From a virus (taxonomy: Duplodnaviria; Caudoviricetes), in IMG/VR virus record IMGVR_UViG_3300001533_001828, positions 1 to 53,545 of that record: a stretch of DNA of 53,545 bases; one strand, given 5' to 3'. A model generated the notes under the pieces. It did not search any database, was not told the origin of the DNA, and was given only the letters and a program-made list of their open reading frames with translations. Numbering within the stretch: the stretch's first letter is position 1; each line of letters begins with the position of its first letter. Made by a program: the position numbers and the translations under genes. Positions 17,089-26,863 of the stretch are shown here, in pieces.

Positions 17089-18654
17089 ATGCCCGCTATA
17101 ATTACTGATCAATTTAGAATATTAAATGCAGAGACTTTTGTTCAAAGTTTCACTGGTATTGGAACTACTACTAATTATTATTACACATTTTTAGCTCACC
17201 CAAACCCATCAAATACAAATATTGAAAATTATGGGTCTTCAACTTGGAGCTCTGATCCACCAGAACCAAAAGACTCTTTTCAACAAGAAAATTTATACTT
17301 TGATAGTATGCTTTTTCTTAAAAGAGTTTATTTCAATGACGTGTCTAAAATTATTCCTAGGTATAACTGGCAGTCAGGTGTAACTTATGATATGTATAGA
17401 AATAATTATGATATTAATAATTCTGCACCTCAAACTAATTCAAAAACTTTGTATGATTCTAGATACTATGTTGTAAATTCTGAGTATAAAGTTTATATTT
17501 GCATTAATAATGGGGCAAATGCAGAATACCCAGAAGGTCAAAAATCCATAAGCGAACCAAATTTTGTTGATGTAAATCCTCAACAGGCAGGAGACGGTTC
17601 TGATGGTTACTTATGGAAATATCTTTATACCATTTCACCATCAGATATTATTAAGTTTTCTACTGAAAATTTTATACCAGTACCAAGATACTGGGGAGAT
17701 CCAATTACTGAAAATATAAAAAATTCTGCGGTTTCTGGAAAAATTGAAACTGCAATAGTAAAAAATAGGGGTTCTGGATATACAATATCTGGAGGAGTAT
17801 TTACTGGAACTGTATCAAATATTCCAATACTTGGAGACGGTTTTGGTGGATTTGCCTCTGTTACAATTAGTGGAGGAGAAATTGACACAATTCAAATTAC
17901 TAATGGAGGAACTGGATATACTAGAGCTTTTATTAATTTTGGTCCAGGATTGGAAGAAACACCAACAATAACTTCTGGATCGGGAGGACAGTTCGAAGTC
18001 ATAATTCCCCCTAAAGGTGGTCATGGATTTGACATCTACAGGGAACTTGGATCTTATAGAGTTATGGTTTATTCAAAATATGAATCAGAATCTGACTATA
18101 TTATTGGGAACAATTTTTCTCGTGTGGGAATAATAAAAAACCCAACATTATATGGAAGCGAAGAACAACCGATAAATACTTCTACAGCAACTAATCTTGG
18201 AGCATTAAAATTAAAACCAGTCGGTACTGGTAATACCTCTGATACATTTTATCCAAATAATGCTTTAATAACTCAAAGTGTCGGTGTCGGATCAACTGCA
18301 GTTGGATACGTTGCATCATGGGATCAAAATACTGGAATATTAAAATATTACCAACCAGTTGGACTTGCAACATTAAGTGCTTATGGTAATAGACTTTTTA
18401 ATTTTGTGGGGTCTGCATCTACCATAAATTGTTCTACAGTTGAAGGACAATCTCTTATTGTTGATACTAGTTTTTCCGGAAATACTATTCAAATTGGTGG
18501 AAGAATTATTAATTTAGGTCAAACATTTTCATCTGGCATATCAAATCCTGAAATTCAAAAATATTTTGGTGAAATAATTTACGTTGATAATAGGGCACCA
18601 ATTACAAGGTCATCCTCACAAAAAGAAGAAGTAAAAATTGTAGTAGAATTCTAA
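17089..18654 (+). CDS. gp8: Baseplate wedge subunit gp8
   Basis: MPAIITDQFRILNA, YYVVNSEYKVYICINN, DGYLWKYLYTI, and C-terminal GEIIYVDNRAPITRSSSQKEEVKIVVEF. Confidence 0.88.
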   Translation: MPAIITDQFRILNAETFVQSFTGIGTTTNYYYTFLAHPNPSNTNIENYGSSTWSSDPPEPKDSFQQENLYFDSMLFLKRVYFNDVSKIIPRYNWQSGVTYDMYRNNYDINNSAPQTNSKTLYDSRYYVVNSEYKVYICINNGANAEYPEGQKSISEPNFVDVNPQQAGDGSDGYLWKYLYTISPSDIIKFSTENFIPVPRYWGDPITENIKNSAVSGKIETAIVKNRGSGYTISGGVFTGTVSNIPILGDGFGGFASVTISGGEIDTIQITNGGTGYTRAFINFGPGLEETPTITSGSGGQFEVIIPPKGGHGFDIYRELGSYRVMVYSKYESESDYIIGNNFSRVGIIKNPTLYGSEEQPINTSTATNLGALKLKPVGTGNTSDTFYPNNALITQSVGVGSTAVGYVASWDQNTGILKYYQPVGLATLSAYGNRLFNFVGSASTINCSTVEGQSLIVDTSFSGNTIQIGGRIINLGQTFSSGISNPEIQKYFGEIIYVDNRAPITRSSSQKEEVKIVVEF

Positions 18655-18658
18655 AGAA

Positions 18659-21600
18659 ATGTCCCAAAAAACTAATCTAAACATATCTCCTTATTTTGAT
18701 GATTTTAGTGAGAATAGGAATTATAAGAAAGTTCTTTTTAAGCCTGGGTTCCCAATTCAGGCAAGAGAGCTTACAACTTTACAATCAATACTACAAAACC
18801 AAATAGAAAGATTTGGGCAACACTTCTTTAAAGATGGATCTGTAGTTATACCTGGAGGAACTTTTTATGATGAAAACTATACATCAGTAAAAATAAATTC
18901 TTATTTTTTGAATATACCAGTAAAAGAATATACAAAAATTTTATCTGATAATAAAATTGAAATCAGAGGAGAAACTTCTGGTGTAGTTGCAACAGTTGTT
19001 AATAGATTAACAAATTTAGAATCTGAGCAGGGATACGACACTCTTTATATTAAATATAAAAATTCTGGTAATAATGGAACAATAAGAACATTTCAAGATG
19101 GTGAAAATCTAATAACCTTATCAGATATCAATTATTCATTAGCAAATATTCCAGCAAATAGTTCTTTTGCACAATGTATTGATACAAATTCAACTGAAGT
19201 TGGATCTTCTGCTTCAATTAATGAAGGTATATACTTTATAAGGGGGTATTTCGTTAAAGTTGATAGTTCTGTATTAATTCTTGATCAATATTCAAATACT
19301 CCAAGTTATAAGATTGGATTATTAATTTCAGAAGAAATTATATCAGCATCTCAAGAAAATCAAGATTTATATGATAATGCTTTAGGTTTTTCAAATGAGT
19401 CGGCACCAGGAGCAGATAGATTTAAAATATCAACATCTTTACATAAAAAATTAATTTCAGATGTTAATGATGAAAACTTTGTAGAATTGTTAAGAGTTGA
19501 AAATGGAACTTTAAAAAAATTTATTGGTGATAGAACAGATTATAGTATTTTTAAAAATGAACTAGCAAGAAGAACTTATGATGAATCTGGAGATTACTAT
19601 GTAAAGCCTTTTGCAATTGATGTAAGGGAATCTTTAAACGATAGAATTTCAAATAGAGGATTATACTTTGAAAATCAATTGACTCAAAATGGAAATACTC
19701 CATCTGACGATATTTTCATTTTGCAGGTGTCTCCAGGAAAAGCATATGTAAGAGGTTTTGAAATTGATAAATTATCAACATCTTCAATAGATGTTCCTAA
19801 ACCAAGAACTACAAAATCTAAAAATAATATAAGTTTGCCCGTAGAACTTGGTTCTATTGCTAAAGTTGATAACGTTTTTGGATCACCGAAAATTGGTTTT
19901 TCTACAACATATACAGTAAGTCTTTTAGATAGAAGACTTACTGATAGGCAAATTGGGTCTGCAACAACTATAGGATTAGCTAGAGTATATGATTTTAATC
20001 AAAAAGTTATATCTGGTGTTTCTACTACGCAATATGAGCTAAGACTTTTTGATGTTCAAACATACATAAACTTAACAGTTGGATATGGAGTAACTGCTCC
20101 TGCAGATGCTCACATAAAAGGTCAATACAGTGGATCTGTTGGGTTTTTGAAAGATCCAGTTTCTAATGGATCATCTCTGATTGTTTATGATACTGAGGGA
20201 CAATTCCAAATAAATGAGCCACTAATAATAAATGGAATAAGTGTTGGTAGAAATATTTCATCTATAAGAGATTACGATATTACTGATATAAAAGCAGTAT
20301 ATAATAGTGTCGGAGTTACAACATTTGCTGCAGATTTAGTTTTAGATAGAAAGAAAAATTTATTTTCAAGTTCTAGCCAATTTACAGTTTCTTCTGGTGG
20401 AACTGTAACCTCTCCTAGTATATCTGATTTTAATTCACTAGTAAAAATTGGAGATATTGTAAGGTATTCTATTCCTGGTTTTAGTACATCAACTTATAAT
20501 AGAGTTGTTTCAGTAAATGCAAATGAATTAAACTTAGAAAGTGTTTCTACAATTTTAGGAGTTTGTGAAGGTGGTCTTCCAAGTACTGATCAAAATGTTA
20601 TAGATTTCGATGTTGTTACAAATTCTTTAGAAAAGAACGGAAATTCTGGATACAGAATAAAGCTGCAAGATAAATATATATCTTCAATAAATATTTTAGA
20701 TTCTAACTATATTGTAAGAAAACAATTAACAAAAAATATTACAGGAACTACTTTTACATTTTATTTAAGTGATTTAGGAGATACCAATATTTTCTTTGAA
20801 CCTTTTACTGAAAATAATTATGTTTTAGTTTGGAGAACTGGAGAAAGAGAATTAATAAGAGATTCTCAAGTTACATTTAATAATGATTTAAATGAAATGA
20901 CTATTTCTGGATTATCTAAAACTGGTTATGCAACTTTAACTGCAACAGTAAAAAGAAGCAGTCTTTCATCTAAAGAAAAATCTTTAATTAGATGCAGTTC
21001 TATAATTGTAAGTAATTCAAAATATCAAGGCTCAGGTATTGGATCTACATCATTTAATGATGGTTTATCATATAGTACAGTTTATGGTACAAGAGTACAA
21101 GATGAAGAAATCTCACTAAATGTTCCTGATATTTTTAGAGTTTTAGGTATCTTTGAATCAAATGATTCATCAGATCCAGAAGTACCATCAATAACAGTTT
21201 CTTCACAGACAGATTCATTTGTAAATAATGTAATAATAGGTGAGCAATTTATTGGGAATACTTCAGGAGCACTTGCTCGGGTAGTAAAAGTTGTAGGAAG
21301 TCAGCAACTAGAGTTTGTATATGAAAATCAAAAAACATTTGAAATTGGTGAATCTATTACATTAAAAACTTCTGGAATTGTTGCAAATATTAGCTCATTA
21401 GTTATTGGTGATAGAAATATTATTGATAATTATTCACTAGATAGTGGGCAAAGATTAGAATTTGTAGATTATGGAAGAATTATTAGAAAAAAATCTACAG
21501 CTGAACCAACAAGAAAATTAAAGGTAATATTTGATTATTATTTAAATAATGAAAGTTCTGGAACGATTGAAACAGTTAATAGCTATAATGCTTTAGATTA

Positions 21601-24600
21601 CTCTAAAGAGATACCATTTTCAATTAATACTAGAGCTTCTGATCTTTTGGATTTTAGACCAAGAGTGGGAACTTATTCCACATCAAGTACTCAATCACCA
21701 TTTTCATTTTCTTCAAGAAATTTTTTAAATTCTTCTTCAGAAACTTTAGTTTCAAAGAAAACTATCATTCTTGACTACGATTATTATCTTGGAAGAATTG
21801 ATAGATTATATTTAACTAAAGATGGAAATTTTGAATTAAAAGAAGGAGACCCCTCAGAAAATCCAAAAGCTTCAACCCCAAATGAAGAAGCTTTTGAGGT
21901 TGCTTCTATAAAAATGAATCCATATGTTCTAAATGCTTCTGTGGATTGCTACGTAAGTACAATTCCACATAAAAGATATACAATGAATGATATTGGAAGA
22001 TTGGAGAATAGAATAAAAAATCTAGAAAATTATACAACACTTTCTCTTCTTGAAACCGACACTAAAAATTTAAGTATTAAAGATCCAAATACTGGATTAG
22101 ATAAGTTTAAGTCTGGATTCTTTGTAGATAATTTTAGAAGTCACAATTATCACAATCTTACTGGGGAATCATATTTTGATATTGATTTAGAAACTGGAGA
22201 ATGCAGACCAAGAACTGCAGAGAGAAATGTTGGATTGATTTTTGAGACAGTTTCTTCTTCATTAAATCCAACAAATTCTGATTATAGATGGATTGATGAT
22301 TTTGATTCCTCAAATATTACGAGAAAGGGTTCTGGCCTTACATTAAACTATGATGAAGTTGAGTTTATATCACAACCATTAGCGACAAGGGTTGAAAATT
22401 TAAATCCATTTTTGGTAATAATATATATCGGAAACATTGAACTAAATCCATCTTCTGATTTTTGGATTGAAGAAGTTCCATTAAACACTCCAGATACAAT
22501 AAAAATTGATTCAGTTTATAATGCGATGGCTAGCCTTCTTGGAGTAGAAAATCGTGAGAATGGTGGAATGGCTGCAAGTTATTGGAATAGCCATGAAACA
22601 ACTTGGACGGGAAGAGATAAAATAGGAGAATCCGTAATTGGAACAGAAGTTCGTACTTTGGATACAAGAGTCTCCACAAACGTAGAAACTGATGCTTGGG
22701 CTAGAACTACTACAACCACTACATCAAGAGATCAAAGGGTAACTGAAGATTTGCTTGAAGTTTTTGAAGAAACTGGTATTGATAGGGAATTTGGACTTCA
22801 ACTTTCTTCAGGAGTTGATACTATAAGTTTAGGAAATAAAATTATTGGTACAGATGTTTTATATAATTGTAGATCCAGAAATATTGAAGTAGTTGGAAGA
22901 AGATTAAAACCAAATACAAAATATTATGTTTTTATGGAAAATGTTGATGTTACTGAATACTGTGTTCCAAAACTCATTCCAGTTACAATGAGGCGTGGTG
23001 CTTTTTCTACTTCAGATATTATTCAAACATCAGTATCTCCAACTGTTATAGGGACACCAAAAATAAAATTTAGAGCAGCACAAGCAAATCATAAATTTGG
23101 ACCATATAATTCCCCAACAGAAACATATAGTACAGAACCATACACATTAAGTAATTTGACATCTTCTTATTCTGGTTCTAGCAATATTATAAATGTAGAT
23201 ACTTTTGATCTTTCAAGTTTTACAAATCCAGATCGTATAGGTTGGATAAGATCTGGAATGATATTAGTAAATTCTCAAGGAACTGCTGAAGCATCTGTAA
23301 ATTCTTTAGAGTTGATAAGTGACGAGAAAGGCAATTTATTATTCTCATTACATATACCAGATCCAAAAATTGATAGTAATCCTAAATTTACTACTGGCCT
23401 AAACACTATTAGAATAACATCAAGCCAAACTAATAGTAATATTTTAGGTCCTGGTGAAAGTTCAGCAGAAGCTACTTATAATGCATCTGGTTTATCACAA
23501 AGCACTCAAGAGCAAGTTATTTCAATTAAAACTCCGGAAGTTGAAAGAATTCAGGTTGGTTCGGATCAACCAATAACTAGAATAGTACAAGAGCAGGATA
23601 GGAGGGTTTCTGATAGAACAGTAACTACATCAACAAGTAGAATTGAAAGATTTCCACCTCCACCCCCAGTTGTAAATATAACAAATATAACAAATGTAAC
23701 TCAAAATATAATTCAGCAACGTCCAGAACCTCCAGCAAGAGTAGATCCTTTAGCTCAATCATTCTTAGTACAAAGACAAAAACAAGATGGAATTTTTATC
23801 ACTGGAGGAGATCTATACTTTAAAACCAAGGATGATACTTATCCAGTAACAGTTCAAATTAGAACTATGCAAGATGGATCACCAACAAATACGGTAGTTC
23901 CATTTGGACAGACTATAATTGATCCAAATGACGTAGTTCTTTCAGATGATGGAAGTTCTGCGACTAGGTTTAATTTCTCTACACCAGTATATCTTCAATC
24001 TGGATATGAATATGCTTTAGTTTTACTTGCTGACACTGATAAATATTTGACTTTTATATCTAGATTGGGTGAAGAAGATTTAATTAGTGGATCAATTAAT
24101 AGCAGACAACCAACCTTAGGGTCTCTATTTAAATCTCAGAATGCTTCAACTTGGGATGCAAGTCAATATGAAGATTTAAAATTCAAATTATATAAAGCAA
24201 AATTTGTTATTGATACTCCATCAAGTGTTATTTTTTACAATCAAGAATTGCCTTTTGGAAATATTTTAAAAGAAAATCCCGCTGTTTCTTATTCAAAACG
24301 TCAATTTATTTCCATTGCAAGTACAACAAGATTTTTTGAGCAAGGAAATACTATCACGCAATCGACAAATACTGCAAATATATTCGCATCTGGTGGTCCC
24401 GTTGGTCTTGGTACAACTTCACTAACATTATCTTTCTCTGGAATAGGTTTAACTGATGGATCTTACTCTGGAATTGGATTTACTTCATTGACTGGTTTTG
24501 GAAATTCCTGCACTGCCAATATAACAGTTTCTAGTGGAGAAATCCAAGAATTTGATGTTACTGATGGCGGAGTTGGGTATTCAGTTGGCGATCTTTTACT

Positions 24601-26032
24601 TTCAAACCAGATAGGTAATACTGGAACTGGAGTAAGAGCAACAGTAGGAGTAGTAACACAAACTAATTTCATTGTTGTTGATGATGTTATTTCAAATATT
24701 AATACAGGAACTGGATTGACATATTATGATTCTATAGGAGCTTCATATGATATTCCTTCTCCAACTTCTGTCAATGATGATCCAATAAGAGATGGATATA
24801 CTATTTTATTTGATCATAGAAATCATGGTATGCATTCCAGCACAAATAAGTTAGAAATATTAAATTTTGCAAGTGATATTTCTCCAACATTTTTAACAGA
24901 AGAACTAACAGTAGATTCGACAACACTAAAAGTATCAAATTCTGGTATTTTTACATCGTTTGAAGGTGTATCTGTTAGTGCTGCGAATACTGGTTATTTA
25001 CAAATAGATAATGAAATTATTTCTTATAATTCAATTTCAAATGATATAATTACAATAACATCAAGAGGCATAGACTCTAGTATTATATCAAATCATAACT
25101 TAAATTCTTTGGTTTATAAGTATGAATTTAATTCAGTTTCTCTTAGAAGAATAAACAAAGAACATAATATAGATCCAAGAGAAAAAACTTTTGATAATTA
25201 TTATATTAATATAAATGATGGTGGAAGAACATTTGCCACAACTAAATCTGGTGGTGGAAAAAATCTGCAAATTTCTCAAAATATACCATTTGAAATTATT
25301 GATCCTAGAGTTAGTGCCATTACACCAACAGGAACAACAATTACTGCAAGGATAAAAACAACTTCTGGTACAAGTATAAGTGGATCTGAATCATCATTTA
25401 CTGATAAAGGATATGAAAATATCACTTTAAATAAATTAAATTATCTAGATGATCCCAGAATAGTCGCATCTAAAGTAAATGAGTATAACTTATTAAATAA
25501 TCAAAAATCATTTGCTTTAGAATTGACCCTTAATACAGATAATGAAGACGTTTCTCCTATAGTAGATTTGGATACTACAAATATAATACTGATGAGTAAC
25601 TTAGTTGATGACAAAGTTAGTGATTATGTGACTGATAGTAGAGTCAATATTCCAGGATTTGATCCCAATTCTGCGATTTATGAAACTAAAAAAATAAACT
25701 TAGAATTTCCATCAAATTCTCTTTATATACAATTTGATGGCCATAGAGATGCAGAGTCAGACATTAAAGTTTTCTATAAACTATACAGAGAAGATAGTTC
25801 AGAATATCAACAAATATATCTACCATTTAATGGTGATGGTTCTTCTAATAAATTGGTTCAACCAAATACATTAATTAATAATTTTAGTGAATATAAATAT
25901 ACTGCTGAAAATCTTCCACAATTTAATAGTTTTATGATTAAAGTAGTTATGACTTCAACAAATCAAGCAAAACCGCCAAGAATAAAAAATTTCAGAGCAA
26001 TAGCACTAAGATCATTTTTAATAAATGAATGA
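18659..26032 (+). CDS. Large virion structural protein (VrlC-like / DUF4815-type)
   Basis: N-terminal NLNISPYFDDF...KVLFKPGFPIQARELTTLQSILQNQIERFG; APGADRFKI; LARRTYDESGDY; DKFKSGFFVDNF; DPLAQSF; GSLFKSQNASTW. Confidence 0.8.
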   Translation: MSQKTNLNISPYFDDFSENRNYKKVLFKPGFPIQARELTTLQSILQNQIERFGQHFFKDGSVVIPGGTFYDENYTSVKINSYFLNIPVKEYTKILSDNKIEIRGETSGVVATVVNRLTNLESEQGYDTLYIKYKNSGNNGTIRTFQDGENLITLSDINYSLANIPANSSFAQCIDTNSTEVGSSASINEGIYFIRGYFVKVDSSVLILDQYSNTPSYKIGLLISEEIISASQENQDLYDNALGFSNESAPGADRFKISTSLHKKLISDVNDENFVELLRVENGTLKKFIGDRTDYSIFKNELARRTYDESGDYYVKPFAIDVRESLNDRISNRGLYFENQLTQNGNTPSDDIFILQVSPGKAYVRGFEIDKLSTSSIDVPKPRTTKSKNNISLPVELGSIAKVDNVFGSPKIGFSTTYTVSLLDRRLTDRQIGSATTIGLARVYDFNQKVISGVSTTQYELRLFDVQTYINLTVGYGVTAPADAHIKGQYSGSVGFLKDPVSNGSSLIVYDTEGQFQINEPLIINGISVGRNISSIRDYDITDIKAVYNSVGVTTFAADLVLDRKKNLFSSSSQFTVSSGGTVTSPSISDFNSLVKIGDIVRYSIPGFSTSTYNRVVSVNANELNLESVSTILGVCEGGLPSTDQNVIDFDVVTNSLEKNGNSGYRIKLQDKYISSINILDSNYIVRKQLTKNITGTTFTFYLSDLGDTNIFFEPFTENNYVLVWRTGERELIRDSQVTFNNDLNEMTISGLSKTGYATLTATVKRSSLSSKEKSLIRCSSIIVSNSKYQGSGIGSTSFNDGLSYSTVYGTRVQDEEISLNVPDIFRVLGIFESNDSSDPEVPSITVSSQTDSFVNNVIIGEQFIGNTSGALARVVKVVGSQQLEFVYENQKTFEIGESITLKTSGIVANISSLVIGDRNIIDNYSLDSGQRLEFVDYGRIIRKKSTAEPTRKLKVIFDYYLNNESSGTIETVNSYNALDYSKEIPFSINTRASDLLDFRPRVGTYSTSSTQSPFSFSSRNFLNSSSETLVSKKTIILDYDYYLGRIDRLYLTKDGNFELKEGDPSENPKASTPNEEAFEVASIKMNPYVLNASVDCYVSTIPHKRYTMNDIGRLENRIKNLENYTTLSLLETDTKNLSIKDPNTGLDKFKSGFFVDNFRSHNYHNLTGESYFDIDLETGECRPRTAERNVGLIFETVSSSLNPTNSDYRWIDDFDSSNITRKGSGLTLNYDEVEFISQPLATRVENLNPFLVIIYIGNIELNPSSDFWIEEVPLNTPDTIKIDSVYNAMASLLGVENRENGGMAASYWNSHETTWTGRDKIGESVIGTEVRTLDTRVSTNVETDAWARTTTTTTSRDQRVTEDLLEVFEETGIDREFGLQLSSGVDTISLGNKIIGTDVLYNCRSRNIEVVGRRLKPNTKYYVFMENVDVTEYCVPKLIPVTMRRGAFSTSDIIQTSVSPTVIGTPKIKFRAAQANHKFGPYNSPTETYSTEPYTLSNLTSSYSGSSNIINVDTFDLSSFTNPDRIGWIRSGMILVNSQGTAEASVNSLELISDEKGNLLFSLHIPDPKIDSNPKFTTGLNTIRITSSQTNSNILGPGESSAEATYNASGLSQSTQEQVISIKTPEVERIQVGSDQPITRIVQEQDRRVSDRTVTTSTSRIERFPPPPPVVNITNITNVTQNIIQQRPEPPARVDPLAQSFLVQRQKQDGIFITGGDLYFKTKDDTYPVTVQIRTMQDGSPTNTVVPFGQTIIDPNDVVLSDDGSSATRFNFSTPVYLQSGYEYALVLLADTDKYLTFISRLGEEDLISGSINSRQPTLGSLFKSQNASTWDASQYEDLKFKLYKAKFVIDTPSSVIFYNQELPFGNILKENPAVSYSKRQFISIASTTRFFEQGNTITQSTNTANIFASGGPVGLGTTSLTLSFSGIGLTDGSYSGIGFTSLTGFGNSCTANITVSSGEIQEFDVTDGGVGYSVGDLLLSNQIGNTGTGVRATVGVVTQTNFIVVDDVISNINTGTGLTYYDSIGASYDIPSPTSVNDDPIRDGYTILFDHRNHGMHSSTNKLEILNFASDISPTFLTEELTVDSTTLKVSNSGIFTSFEGVSVSAANTGYLQIDNEIISYNSISNDIITITSRGIDSSIISNHNLNSLVYKYEFNSVSLRRINKEHNIDPREKTFDNYYININDGGRTFATTKSGGGKNLQISQNIPFEIIDPRVSAITPTGTTITARIKTTSGTSISGSESSFTDKGYENITLNKLNYLDDPRIVASKVNEYNLLNNQKSFALELTLNTDNEDVSPIVDLDTTNIILMSNLVDDKVSDYVTDSRVNIPGFDPNSAIYETKKINLEFPSNSLYIQFDGHRDAESDIKVFYKLYREDSSEYQQIYLPFNGDGSSNKLVQPNTLINNFSEYKYTAENLPQFNSFMIKVVMTSTNQAKPPRIKNFRAIALRSFLINE

Positions 26033-26249
26033 CAAATTACGAGTAAAAACAGATCATTCCTTAGTTAGGGATCTGAAATCAAATGCTATTATTAATAGCA
26101 ATAATAATGAATATGAAAAATTTTTAGAAATATCAAAAATAAAATATGAAGAAAAAAAGAAAATTGAAGATTTAAAAAAACAAGTTGAAGAAATGAAAAA
26201 TGACTTAACTGATATTAAAATTCTTTTAAAATCTATTGTAGATAAATGA
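26025..26249 (+). CDS. Small coiled-coil hypothetical protein
   Basis: Overlaps the preceding stop; LVRDLKSNAIIN followed by a heptad-rich C-terminus. Confidence 0.75.
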   Translation: MNDKLRVKTDHSLVRDLKSNAIINSNNNEYEKFLEISKIKYEEKKKIEDLKKQVEEMKNDLTDIKILLKSIVDK

Positions 26250-26251
26250 TT

Positions 26252-26259
26252 TATAAATA
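26252..26259 (+). promoter_or_regulatory. T4-type late promoter
   Basis: TATAAATA upstream of the ATG at 26290. Confidence 0.8.
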
Positions 26260-26289
26260 ATTCTAGCAGAGTACTAATTAATTATAGTA

Positions 26290-26628
26290 ATGGCAGCATA
26301 TGTTAGTAATATAGTAATTGATATTGGAGCTGATTTTGAACAAGTATTTAATCTTGAGGATAGCTCAAACTCTCCATTAGATTTAAGTAATTACAGTGCT
26401 TCTTCAATTATGAAGAAGCATCCTGCATCATCAAAAGTATCTGCATTATTTAATGTATCATTTCCCAATCCTACATTAGGACAACTTAAAATATCTTTAG
26501 GTTCATCAATTACTTCTAGTTTAAAGTCTGGAAGATACTGTTATGACATATTAGTAAATGATGGTTCAGTGAGGACTAGAGTTGTTGAGGGTAGTGCTAT
26601 TGTTACTGCTGGAGTTACTACTAGCTAA
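26290..26628 (+). CDS. Small virion structural protein (fibre-attachment/adaptor-like beta-sandwich)
   Basis: IDIGADFEQVF...PLDLSNY...GRYCYDILV...RVVEGSAIV resembles BppU-N-like adaptor domains; late promoter; precedes the fibre gene. Confidence 0.6.
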   Translation: MAAYVSNIVIDIGADFEQVFNLEDSSNSPLDLSNYSASSIMKKHPASSKVSALFNVSFPNPTLGQLKISLGSSITSSLKSGRYCYDILVNDGSVRTRVVEGSAIVTAGVTTS

Positions 26629-26633
26629 CCATT

Positions 26634-26861
26634 ATGTCAGAAATTAAAGTAAGAATTGGATCAAAAAATGCAATAAAAGTCCCTTCTTCTTTTTCTGGTG
26701 GTGGAGGAACTCTTGGTGGATTGACTGATGTTGATATAACAGGTGGGTTATCTAATGGAATGGTTTTAGTTTATAACACAGCAACATCTAAGTGGGAAGC
26801 AACTTTAAATTTAACGCCAGGTAATACTCAAAATTTGGACATCAATGGAGGTAACTTTTAA
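26634..26861 (+). CDS. Small fibre-associated structural protein
   Basis: LGGLTDVDI...NGMVLVYNTATSKW fibre-type repeat; ends in INGGNF, similar to the LDGGTF end of the next gene. Confidence 0.65.
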   Translation: MSEIKVRIGSKNAIKVPSSFSGGGGTLGGLTDVDITGGLSNGMVLVYNTATSKWEATLNLTPGNTQNLDINGGNF

Positions 26862-26863
26862 CA

